Shown in pieces: positions 1 to 6,894 of a stretch of 64,000 nucleotides of DNA; position 1 is the first letter of the stretch; the number at the start of each line of letters is the position of its first letter. The position numbers were made by a program, and so were the translations under genes. Source of the stretch: a virus. The notes beneath the pieces were generated by a model that was not told the DNA's origin, searched no databases, and was given only the letters and a program-made list of their open reading frames with translations. The DNA is taken from the IMG/VR virus record IMGVR_UViG_3300050821_018050, positions 95,806 to 159,805 of that record; one strand, 5' to 3'.

Positions 1-133
1 ATTGCTATGACTTATATGCGGGTAAAATGCGAAATGATCTGGGCGACCGTGGATGCTCCACAGATCGCTATTAAACTGGTCCAGTATGAAATGGAGTTCA
101 TCTCGATCTTTCCACATCACAATGATAACGATT

Positions 134-271
134 TTAGAAACGTTCACCAACTCTCCTAACGTGGAAAAGCAGCCAGTGTAAAGTTTGATTTGGTTTTTGA
201 TCTCGCATCAGTAAGCTTCGATAAAATGAATCATCGAGGTTGTCGTCAAGTTCTATGTCGATTTTAATCAT
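134..271 (-). CDS. microprotein, 45 aa
   Basis: Hand translation MIKIDIELDDNLDDSFYRSLLMRDQKPNQTLHWLLFHVRRVGERF; ATGA overlap with upstream ORF. Confidence 0.6.
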   Translation of the reverse strand: MIKIDIELDDNLDDSFYRSLLMRDQKPNQTLHWLLFHVRRVGERF

Positions 272-396
272 TCATACTCCACTATAAAATAACCTTTGGT
301 TAAGACGGCAGAATTAAATATATTTTGAATAATTTTTGTATCATCGTATCGTGCGCTGTACGCCCAATACCTATTACTATTCCACGCGTAAACCAT
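268..396 (-). CDS. YxW-family microprotein, 42 aa
   Basis: MVYAWNSNRYWAYSARYDDTKIIQNIFNSAVLTKGYFIVEYE; TAATG overlap with upstream ORF. Confidence 0.7.
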   Translation of the reverse strand: MVYAWNSNRYWAYSARYDDTKIIQNIFNSAVLTKGYFIVEYE

Positions 397-545
397 TACC
401 ATGGGTCAAAATGTCCATAATAAGCCTTACTTAACTTTACTTCATTGCCCCACCAATGAAAAGGATGTATTCGCCGCCATGTTTTATAAATAGTTGCCAG
501 CCAAACATGCTCTGATTCTTTGCCGTCTACTAATATTTCGATCAT
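396..545 (-). CDS. Trp-rich microprotein, 49 aa
   Basis: MIEILVDGKESEHVWLATIYKTWRRIHPFHWWGNEVKLSKAYYGHFDPW; ATGA overlap with 542-778. Confidence 0.65.
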   Translation of the reverse strand: MIEILVDGKESEHVWLATIYKTWRRIHPFHWWGNEVKLSKAYYGHFDPW

Positions 546-778
546 CGTACCGCCAGCAATTGCCTTTGTGCTTCAGCCAGCTCCTCGCGCAGGATTTGAT
601 TTTCTTGCAATAATATAATCACTTCTTGCTCTGCGGTGCTTAATTCCTTAGCCATCATTGGGCTTAAGCCCTCGAAGCTCAGTGGGGTAGGGAATACGAT
701 ATTCCAGTTTCCCTCTTTGGTGGACCCTGTAGCGATTAAGCGGAACAGTTTTTCAGCGAATGTTTGTAGTTTTTTCAT
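542..778 (-). CDS. hypothetical protein with C-terminal coiled coil
   Basis: ORF track; purine-rich RBS-like GGAAAAG upstream. Confidence 0.7.
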   Translation of the reverse strand: MKKLQTFAEKLFRLIATGSTKEGNWNIVFPTPLSFEGLSPMMAKELSTAEQEVIILLQENQILREELAEAQRQLLAVR

Positions 779-792
779 AAATTACTTTTCCT

Positions 793-999
793 TCAAAATG
801 GGATCATAGTGCCATCGCCATACTCTTCATATGATTCTGGGCTATCTGACAACCATACAACTAATTCCGTATAACGCATCGAATCTTTCATAACTGGCGT
901 TTGCCATTGATGACTATAATAGTGTAGCATACCATTATACCCTTTGTCAATTAATTTCCACCCGATATCGACTTCATTCTCTGGGAATCGGAATTCCAT
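793..999 (-). CDS. small aromatic-rich hypothetical protein
   Basis: ORF track 793-1020; start moved to MEFRFP just after the upstream stop. Confidence 0.6.
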   Translation of the reverse strand: MEFRFPENEVDIGWKLIDKGYNGMLHYYSHQWQTPVMKDSMRYTELVVWLSDSPESYEEYGDGTMIPF

Positions 1000-1001
1000 C
1001 G

Positions 1002-1217
1002 TCAATCGCTGCTTAGCCATAGGTCCACCGTTCCATATTCGTATCCCAGCTTTACCTCACCTATAGTGTACCATGCTTTCTTTGGTCGATGAATAGATTC
1101 TCTGGCCCAAGACAAAAATCCATATACAGAATTCTCTTTTCCGGCATCATACCGTAATTGAATTAATATTGTGAGATTGGGTTCAAATTCTCCGACAATC
1201 GGTGGGGCTTTAATCAT
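1002..1217 (-). CDS. small hypothetical protein
   Basis: ORF track 1002-1244; start moved to the ATGA-coupled MIKAPP. Confidence 0.6.
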   Translation of the reverse strand: MIKAPPIVGEFEPNLTILIQLRYDAGKENSVYGFLSWARESIHRPKKAWYTIGEVKLGYEYGTVDLWLSSD

Positions 1218-1372
1218 ATGATAGAAAACCAAGCCTTTGTCCAATTAATATTCCACCCGAAACCGCAAAGCGTATATTTGCGTTTATTTTTGGCCCATTC
1301 TTCAATAATTTTATAGTCGATATCATTTATCTCGCCTCTTGAAATTCCTATTATGGTTATTTCAAATGTCAT
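1214..1372 (-). CDS. microprotein, 52 aa
   Basis: MTFEITIIGISRGEINDIDYKIIEEWAKNKRKYTLCGFGWNINWTKAWFSII; ATGA overlaps at both ends. Confidence 0.65.
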   Translation of the reverse strand: MTFEITIIGISRGEINDIDYKIIEEWAKNKRKYTLCGFGWNINWTKAWFSII

Positions 1373-1560
1373 TTTTGAAAGATCTTTCCAGCTGTTGGGG
1401 TAGGGGTATTGGGCCAGCGAATACGTCTATAAGCGAAGCATTGGGTCAATGAGTCACTAAAAAATACGTCCTTGCCAGGTTTAAATGCAAAGAAAATTTT
1501 GTTGTCTTCGCTGTATAGGTAAATATATCGTTGATTAGGAGCCATGCGCCAGTCACTCAT
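1369..1560 (-). CDS. small hypothetical protein
   Basis: ORF track 1369-1572; coupled start MSDWRM. Confidence 0.6.
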   Translation of the reverse strand: MSDWRMAPNQRYIYLYSEDNKIFFAFKPGKDVFFSDSLTQCFAYRRIRWPNTPTPTAGKIFQK

Positions 1561-1730
1561 GGGCCTTCCCATTCATCCCAATTTTGTATGCCTAGCCAGT
1601 CATCTTCCATAGCTGTATCCATGTCATTTACCCATTTACGGTCATCGACCCTAATTTCATAATTAGCATGATGCTCTTCCTTACCGTGGAAAAACACCGA
1701 CTCTGCGAAGAACCCATAAGAATATTTCAC
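1557..1730 (-). CDS. acidic Trp-rich microprotein, 57 aa
   Basis: GTG start; MKYSYGFFAESVFFHGKEEHHANYEIRVDDRKWVNDMDTAMEDDWLGIQNWDEWEGP; GTGA/ATGA overlaps. Confidence 0.65.
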   Translation of the reverse strand: MKYSYGFFAESVFFHGKEEHHANYEIRVDDRKWVNDMDTAMEDDWLGIQNWDEWEGP

Positions 1731-1924
1731 CGCGAGATCCTTTTTAGGACCACCATCCTAATTTCCATGGTAGCGTAAATCTTATGCTCCTGGTAAGTAT
1801 AACCGCTATAAGTATAGTTTTTGGGGACCTTGGTTCGGTCACCCACATAATTAGATACGGCTTTACCCACAGTGGAATCTCCGTCTCCTTTATGTGTTTG
1901 TAACTTTATCGTGATCATGATCAA
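1727..1924 (-). CDS. small hypothetical protein
   Basis: ORF track; tiled between neighbours. Confidence 0.55.
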   Translation of the reverse strand: MIMITIKLQTHKGDGDSTVGKAVSNYVGDRTKVPKNYTYSGYTYQEHKIYATMEIRMVVLKRISR

Positions 1925-2091
1925 GGGAAAGACTTAGAAATCATAAATCCTAACCCGACGGTGGACATAAATAACATCACAGGAATAAACACCTGAACAT
2001 CACCTGTTTTATTAAAAACAATGTGCCCGCTTACTAATGCTCCAACTTCCAAAAAGCCCACTAACCATTCTCCGAATGTCCAATTTTTCAT
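1921..2091 (-). CDS. small membrane protein, 56 aa
   Basis: MKNWTFGEWLVGFLEVGALVSGHIVFNKTGDVQVFIPVMLFMSTVGLGFMISKSFP; two hydrophobic segments. Confidence 0.65.
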   Translation of the reverse strand: MKNWTFGEWLVGFLEVGALVSGHIVFNKTGDVQVFIPVMLFMSTVGLGFMISKSFP

Positions 2092-2202
2092 ATTTTTTCT
2101 TTCCTTGTTTCTACTTCAAAAGCTATCAAATTATCGCAACAATTAACATACTCGCTGCCCCACCATATGCGCAAAGAGTTCGAACCCCAAAAAATATTTC
2201 AT
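2088..2202 (-). pseudogene. frameshifted YxW-family microprotein
   Basis: Removing one base from the A6 run at 2189-2194 gives MKYFWGSNSLRIWWGSEYVNCCDNLIAFEVETRKEKI with ATGA coupling at both ends. Confidence 0.55.
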
Positions 2203-2354
2203 CTAAACTCCGAAAATACATCTAAATGACCCATCAGTTGTTTATCGCAATTAAATCTAAAATGGTTTTCTGGATTCTTTCTGTCAAGTATCCATATGGT
2301 ATGCCGACCAAATTCAAATTGATAATTTAAGTAAATAAAGTTGTGTCTTGCCAT
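2199..2354 (-). CDS. microprotein, 51 aa
   Basis: MARHNFIYLNYQFEFGRHTIWILDRKNPENHFRFNCDKQLMGHLDVFSEFR. Confidence 0.6.
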   Translation of the reverse strand: MARHNFIYLNYQFEFGRHTIWILDRKNPENHFRFNCDKQLMGHLDVFSEFR

Positions 2355-2560
2355 AGTGGTTCCAGTGTATCACACATTATTACAATTTGCGAGCCGTAAA
2401 TATTGCTGGGGTGAAAATAAAACGATAAGCTCACACCGCCCAATCCCCAGCTGTAAATTTCGCTCACAGGCCCTCCGTAACGCGGCTCAAAGAAACCTTT
2501 AAGTTCAACTCCATTGATCTTTACTTTACATCTCTTACCGGTAATTATTTGACTAGCCAT
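2327..2560 (-). CDS. small hypothetical protein
   Basis: ORF track 2327-2593; start moved to MASQII directly after the upstream stop. Confidence 0.6.
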   Translation of the reverse strand: MASQIITGKRCKVKINGVELKGFFEPRYGGPVSEIYSWGLGGVSLSFYFHPSNIYGSQIVIMCDTLEPLWQDTTLFT

Positions 2561-2561
2561 T

Positions 2562-2720
2562 TTAATCCCCCAGGCGAGACCATCCGGGTCCACGGATAAG
2601 CCATATATCGCATCTAATCGTTATAAATGATTCGTCTTCAGGTGCTTGACCATATATGTCGCAATCATAAAATTGAATTGCCGACCATCCAGTAACCCAA
2701 TTATAGGTGGTCAAAGCCAT
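2562..2720 (-). CDS. YxW-family microprotein, 52 aa
   Basis: MALTTYNWVTGWSAIQFYDCDIYGQAPEDESFITIRCDIWLIRGPGWSRLGD. Confidence 0.65.
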   Translation of the reverse strand: MALTTYNWVTGWSAIQFYDCDIYGQAPEDESFITIRCDIWLIRGPGWSRLGD

Positions 2721-2845
2721 TCGATGCTCCATTGTTGAGTAAAGTAATCTACTTTGCTATCTGCAGTCTTATTGTAAATGATTATCCCGTTAGCCCAAGT
2801 GAATGCGCTGAAGTTTTTGGTAAAAAGTTTATAGCCGTGGTTCAT
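2711..2845 (-). CDS. microprotein, 44 aa
   Basis: MNHGYKLFTKNFSAFTWANGIIIYNKTADSKVDYFTQQWSIEWL; ATGA overlap. Confidence 0.65.
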   Translation of the reverse strand: MNHGYKLFTKNFSAFTWANGIIIYNKTADSKVDYFTQQWSIEWL

Positions 2846-2967
2846 AAACCTACCCAAATATGGAAGAATGGTTTCCCCAAATAAAAATTATTTTCCCAGT
2901 TTAGCAATCGGCCCACGGATAATTTACAGTCACGGGATGAAATGTAATATTGACGTTCATTAACCAT
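2842..2967 (-). CDS. microprotein, 41 aa
   Basis: MVNERQYYISSRDCKLSVGRLLNWENNFYLGKPFFHIWVGL; GAGG RBS upstream. Confidence 0.65.
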   Translation of the reverse strand: MVNERQYYISSRDCKLSVGRLLNWENNFYLGKPFFHIWVGL

Positions 2968-3130
2968 CACTAATTACCTCTATACATATTCCATAATCAT
3001 GCCGATAATTATTAATAGAATCTATGACAAACATTGGCAAATATAACTTAAAGTCATCATCAATCATATAACGACTAACCCAAAAACTTTTTGTGGTGCC
3101 GGTAGTTGTTAGGTGCGCATTGGTAATCAT
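2960..3130 (-). CDS. microprotein, 56 aa
   Basis: MITNAHLTTTGTTKSFWVSRYMIDDDFKLYLPMFVIDSINNYRHDYGICIEVISDG; GGAG RBS and ATGA overlap. Confidence 0.65.
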   Translation of the reverse strand: MITNAHLTTTGTTKSFWVSRYMIDDDFKLYLPMFVIDSINNYRHDYGICIEVISDG

Positions 3131-3288
3131 ACGTTCTCCATTTCAAATGAAAAATAAATTTCTATGTCAGGATTGTTTATATAATGATACATCATCATTT
3201 GAGCAATTACGCCACCGTAATCGCGACGCCAATGCATGGGTACGCCCTTGCCTTGCACTAAATACCAAACTGTTGGACTAGTTCCCAT
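3127..3288 (-). CDS. microprotein, 53 aa, C-terminal YFSFEM
   Basis: MGTSPTVWYLVQGKGVPMHWRRDYGGVIAQMMMYHYINNPDIEIYFSFEMENV. Confidence 0.65.
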   Translation of the reverse strand: MGTSPTVWYLVQGKGVPMHWRRDYGGVIAQMMMYHYINNPDIEIYFSFEMENV

Positions 3289-3412
3289 ATTCTACCACAA
3301 TCCAATACTCATACCAAGGGCACCCTTTAACTAATTTACCGAAACTACCCCAGTGTGATATGCCAGATTGTGAAGTAGGCTGGATAAAACTTATCGAATC
3401 AAAAATTTTCAT
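3278..3412 (-). CDS. microprotein, 44 aa
   Basis: MKIFDSISFIQPTSQSGISHWGSFGKLVKGCPWYEYWIVVEYGN; ATGA overlap. Confidence 0.65.
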   Translation of the reverse strand: MKIFDSISFIQPTSQSGISHWGSFGKLVKGCPWYEYWIVVEYGN

Positions 3413-3771
3413 TTAGGGTCTTCGAAGACTTTCAAAATATCATATAATGCGATATGTTGCTCATCAGTGAGACCGACAACTTTCTCAAAGGTAACTTTTT
3501 GAGCGTTTTTCAATATTTTTAAAACCCGAAGCTCGGTGGCAAGTTCTGGAGACCAATATTCAAGTGAGGTTGAATAGTGCGCCCAACGTTCGTACTTTGC
3601 AGGCGATCCATCTAATGTAAATTCTTTAGAAGATTCTGTTAATTTTACGACTCCACGCTTAGGTGTAATATTTTTTATGATATCTGCACTAACTGATTCA
3701 AGTTTAATGCCACCGCCATATGATCGAACGACTACGTAAACTTTATCGCCGACCTTAAAATCTTTACTCAT
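3409..3771 (-). CDS. hypothetical protein, N-terminal SH3/KOW-like beta barrel
   Basis: FKVGDKVYV...IKNITPKR pattern; GGAG RBS. Confidence 0.75.
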   Translation of the reverse strand: MSKDFKVGDKVYVVVRSYGGGIKLESVSADIIKNITPKRGVVKLTESSKEFTLDGSPAKYERWAHYSTSLEYWSPELATELRVLKILKNAQKVTFEKVVGLTDEQHIALYDILKVFEDPK

Positions 3772-3910
3772 AATAGACTCCAGTCATTTCAAAATTAAAC
3801 GCGATAGTGGTTACACTACCTAAAGGTGACCAATGAAATGCATGCCACCCATACTCATACAGTCTGTAGCAATTATTCGTTACCGACCAATATGCGCTAC
3901 TTCTACCCAT
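3764..3910 (-). CDS. microprotein, 48 aa, C-terminal FNFEM
   Basis: MGRSSAYWSVTNNCYRLYEYGWHAFHWSPLGSVTTIAFNFEMTGVYYE; ATG 5 nt after a sigma70 -10 box. Confidence 0.7.
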   Translation of the reverse strand: MGRSSAYWSVTNNCYRLYEYGWHAFHWSPLGSVTTIAFNFEMTGVYYE

Positions 3911-3915
3911 ACCTT

Positions 3916-3944
3916 ACTATACCACTATTAATCAAATTGGTCAA
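3916..3944 (-). promoter_or_regulatory. sigma70-type promoter
   Basis: TTGACC-17 nt-TATAGT with extended -10 TG. Confidence 0.7.
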
Positions 3945-4188
3945 TACCAAAACGGAACCCTTCGTGATATTTATCCCCATAGTGAATTCGAATGTGGATA
4001 TAAAGCTTTTGTGCATATTCTATGCCATATTTTACTTTAACCCATTCGTAAAGGATGTGCTGAGTGCGATGATATTTTTCTTTTTCGGTTAATGGCCGCG
4101 CCATATATTTAATATGAGCCCACTCTTTTAGGAAAGTTATTAGGCCCAAAATAAAGACAAAACCGATGACAATATAGACTCCAAGCAT
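3928..4188 (-). CDS. small membrane protein
   Basis: ORF track; N-terminal TM helix. Confidence 0.7.
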   Translation of the reverse strand: MLGVYIVIGFVFILGLITFLKEWAHIKYMARPLTEKEKYHRTQHILYEWVKVKYGIEYAQKLYIHIRIHYGDKYHEGFRFGIDQFD

Positions 4189-4406
4189 TATGGGAGTCCC
4201 AATCCGGTATCGACTTCCAGTGTGTACACTGGGTTTCCGTAACCTTTGAATTGACTATCGTAATCATTTTTTGTCATTTGTCGCATCAAAGATAAGATTG
4301 AAATTGTGCGAGGATTTAGTGAATGACAATTAAGTTTACCATTTTCCCCAACCCAATAATAGTATTTCATTAGGCCGAATTGTACGTCATCTCCGCTAAA
4401 AGTCAT
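4188..4406 (-). CDS. YxW-family small protein
   Basis: ORF track; KYYYW near N-terminus, PVYTLEV near C-terminus. Confidence 0.65.
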   Translation of the reverse strand: MTFSGDDVQFGLMKYYYWVGENGKLNCHSLNPRTISILSLMRQMTKNDYDSQFKGYGNPVYTLEVDTGLGLP

Positions 4407-4606
4407 ACCGTACCTTTTTTAATTATAATTACCACTACCGGAGTACCCAGGCGATATCGATCTACAAGCGGGTATTCTTTTTGGTGACTTATATAATTTT
4501 TCACGCTAGATGGTATCCCAGGATTGGCGGTATATGCGCGAGCCACTGTCTGATAAAAGTGGATATAACGATGCTTTTCTGTAATTTCTGGGTGTCCTTG
4601 GGTCAT
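4403..4606 (-). CDS. small hypothetical protein
   Basis: ORF track 4403-4630; coupled start MTQGHP after an 18-aa ORF (4603-4659). Confidence 0.6.
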   Translation of the reverse strand: MTQGHPEITEKHRYIHFYQTVARAYTANPGIPSSVKNYISHQKEYPLVDRYRLGTPVVVIIIKKGTV

Positions 4607-4655
4607 GCTCTTGTTATCCTTAATCTCCAAATGTTAAAAGCATTCCATTTTATAT

Positions 4656-4796
4656 TCATTTTATGCCAAATACAAAAAGTTGGGTAATATGTGCCTGATT
4701 GCGGAATAGCCACCGTTCCAATGTAGGGTCACGCCTACTGTACCATTTCATTTTCCCGCGATGTAATACTAAGTAGTATGCTTCATTTACATTCAT
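4656..4796 (-). CDS. microprotein, 46 aa
   Basis: ORF track 4656-4892; probable true start is the ATGA-coupled MNVNEAYY. Confidence 0.6.
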   Translation of the reverse strand: MNVNEAYYLVLHRGKMKWYSRRDPTLERWLFRNQAHITQLFVFGIK

Positions 4797-4927
4797 TTGT
4801 GATGATCCATTTCCCAAAGCCATTCCGGTATTGCCGGTTCGAAGTGAATTTTGAACCGCGCCCCACCCCAATTCCAAAAAGTAAAGCTCCACGAGTCAAA
4901 ACTTTTTCCGTAAAATCTTCTTTTCAT
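4793..4927 (-). CDS. Trp-rich microprotein, 44 aa
   Basis: MKRRFYGKSFDSWSFTFWNWGGARFKIHFEPAIPEWLWEMDHHK; ATGA overlaps at both ends. Confidence 0.65.
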   Translation of the reverse strand: MKRRFYGKSFDSWSFTFWNWGGARFKIHFEPAIPEWLWEMDHHK

Positions 4928-5097
4928 TCGCCAAACCTTATTGTGTACATTCGACTCTGATTAATGCGTTTTAGGTTGTTGATGCGGTCGATGTAGTTCC
5001 TAATCCAGCGACCATTAGGCCGGTTCCAAATTTCGAGAACATGTCTTTTAACTCTATAAGTCTGGTAATAGTGAATTTCATTATTAATGTCAAACAT
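4924..5097 (-). CDS. microprotein, 57 aa
   Basis: MFDINNEIHYYQTYRVKRHVLEIWNRPNGRWIRNYIDRINNLKRINQSRMYTIRFGE. Confidence 0.65.
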   Translation of the reverse strand: MFDINNEIHYYQTYRVKRHVLEIWNRPNGRWIRNYIDRINNLKRINQSRMYTIRFGE

Positions 5098-5347
5098 CTA
5101 AATTCTCTATTGAAATAATAATGTGAGTATTATCACATTGAGATTGAATACAATTGACTAATTTAAGGTAATTGCTTTGGTAGATTATGCCCGGACCTTC
5201 TATGGGAGAACTGTCAAGAGCAATCACTATGTGCAAGTCCCCATGAATTTCACAATAATGGATATTCATATAATTGGAGTTTGCATGCTCGTGATCGTTT
5301 AGGAATTGGATTTTGAGCTTTTCGAAATCCAATTTTTTGGTTAACAT
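5090..5347 (-). CDS. small hypothetical protein
   Basis: ORF track; GAGG RBS. Confidence 0.65.
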   Translation of the reverse strand: MLTKKLDFEKLKIQFLNDHEHANSNYMNIHYCEIHGDLHIVIALDSSPIEGPGIIYQSNYLKLVNCIQSQCDNTHIIISIENLDV

Positions 5348-5523
5348 TGTTTAACCTCAAATACGTAAATTGATGGTGCAGCATGTAAGTATCCGTAAAT
5401 ATTAGATATATGTAAATGGCTCAAGATTAATTCGCGGGAAAATCCAGCTTGCCATTGATTACTAATCTTATCCGTGTAAATATAAATGACCTCCACGCCG
5501 GTTGCCATATGAAAACCATTCAT
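5341..5523 (-). CDS. small protein, C-terminal YVFEV
   Basis: ORF track; ATGA overlap. Confidence 0.65.
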   Translation of the reverse strand: MNGFHMATGVEVIYIYTDKISNQWQAGFSRELILSHLHISNIYGYLHAAPSIYVFEVKQC

Positions 5524-5714
5524 ACTTTTACATCGATTCTGTAAACTGGACCCGTTTCAGTCCCGGAATCTGATTTGTAAATGTATTTTAGATCACTACT
5601 TAAATTATTGGTTTCACTGGTATAATCCCAATGCCAATCAAAACCTCTTTTTTGGTAGAAGTATAAAGCCTTGACATTTTTCAAGAAATATTCTTTATCT
5701 ACTATATCCATCAT
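5520..5714 (-). CDS. small protein, C-terminal PVYRIDV
   Basis: ORF track; ATGA overlap. Confidence 0.65.
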   Translation of the reverse strand: MMDIVDKEYFLKNVKALYFYQKRGFDWHWDYTSETNNLSSDLKYIYKSDSGTETGPVYRIDVKV

Positions 5715-5896
5715 TCGTAAAACACCTTAAAAATCAACTTATGGCCACGAAATGCATACTGGTGATCCCACGTTTCCTGACTCACACTTATGGAACTAAA
5801 CCATTGATTTTTGACTTCATATTGTCTGATAATACGCCAAAATGGTTGCACATTAACTCGGTCCATGATATAGAAAATACCGTAATCATGCCTCAT
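5711..5896 (-). CDS. small aromatic-rich protein
   Basis: ORF track 5711-5905; coupled start MRHDYG. Confidence 0.65.
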   Translation of the reverse strand: MRHDYGIFYIMDRVNVQPFWRIIRQYEVKNQWFSSISVSQETWDHQYAFRGHKLIFKVFYE

Positions 5897-6072
5897 GGCG
5901 TCCATCCGACGTTTCTGCGATAATTTAAGAAATTGGCACTATAAATCCATTGTAATTTCGCTTTGGGCGGGGTTCTGCCAAAAGCCGACTTATCAAAAAT
6001 TAAAATAGATACCTTGTAGTCTTCGCTTAAGATATGCAAACGGTCAGGCATAGGGATATAATTATACCGCAT
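5893..6072 (-). CDS. microprotein, 59 aa, first gene of array A
   Basis: MRYNYIPMPDRLHILSEDYKVSILIFDKSAFGRTPPKAKLQWIYSANFLNYRRNVGWTP; ATG 6 nt after TATAAT. Confidence 0.7.
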   Translation of the reverse strand: MRYNYIPMPDRLHILSEDYKVSILIFDKSAFGRTPPKAKLQWIYSANFLNYRRNVGWTP

Positions 6073-6078
6073 ACCTCA

Positions 6079-6107
6079 ATTATATCACATATAAGCCCAA
6101 AGGTCAA
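6079..6107 (-). promoter_or_regulatory. sigma70 promoter driving microprotein array A
   Basis: TTGACC-17 nt-TATAAT with extended -10 TG. Confidence 0.8.
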
Positions 6108-6109
6108 TA

Positions 6110-6118
6110 CCTAATATT
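6110..6118 (+). promoter_or_regulatory. candidate late promoter motif CCTAATATT
   Basis: Same 9-mer at 23101, 28547 and 36334, each upstream of plus-strand virion/lysis genes. Confidence 0.6.
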
Positions 6119-6162
6119 CTCAATGAAGGTTCTCTCCTCTCAGTCGCACAAGGAAAAATAAA

Positions 6163-6894
6163 ATGTCTCAGGGATATGGTGTTATATACAAATACACTAA
6201 CAAAATCAATGGTAAAGTTTATATCGGTCAAACGGTACAAACTATGGCCCGACGCCATAATGACCATTTGCAAGATGCTCGCAAAAAACGTCATTCGATG
6301 CCATTCCACAACGCTATTAGAAAATATGGCATTAAATCATTTGATAAAGAAATTTTGTTCACGGCTTTTGATAATGAATCATTATCGGAGTCCGAAGCAT
6401 ATTTTATCCAACTTTATAAATCACAAAATAAATTGCTAGGGTACAATATTAAAAACGGTGGGGGAAACGGGAAACATGCTGCCGAAACCGTAGATAAAAT
6501 CAAAACAGCTTCGTTTAATATGTGGGCGCAGTCAGGATTTAAGGAAAAATTCATTGTTAAACACAGATATTGGACTAAAGAACGTTGCAAAGAAGAAGCA
6601 TTAAAATATACATGTGTTAGAGATTGGAAACAAAAATCTCCCGGTAGTTATGTTCGTGCAGGGGATGAGGGCATTATTAAGGAATGTACCGGCCATATGA
6701 TTCAATTAATTAAACCAGCTGGCACCTGGAATACATTAGAAGCATGCAAAGAAGATGCGTTAAAATATCTGGCTAGAAAAGTTTGGTCAATTAAATCTTC
6801 TGGGGCTTATCAATCTGCAGTTCGGAATAAGTGGCTAAAAGAATGTTGTGCGCATATGCCAAAGTATGCGCCAAGGAGTAAAAAATGTCAGTAA
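6163..6894 (+). mobile_element. GIY-YIG homing endonuclease with two C-terminal helical repeats
   Basis: GVIYKYTNKINGKVYIGQT...E..FI...GYN catalytic domain; two W..E.CKE.ALKY..R..W..KS.G.Y..A...KEC..HM repeats. Confidence 0.85.
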
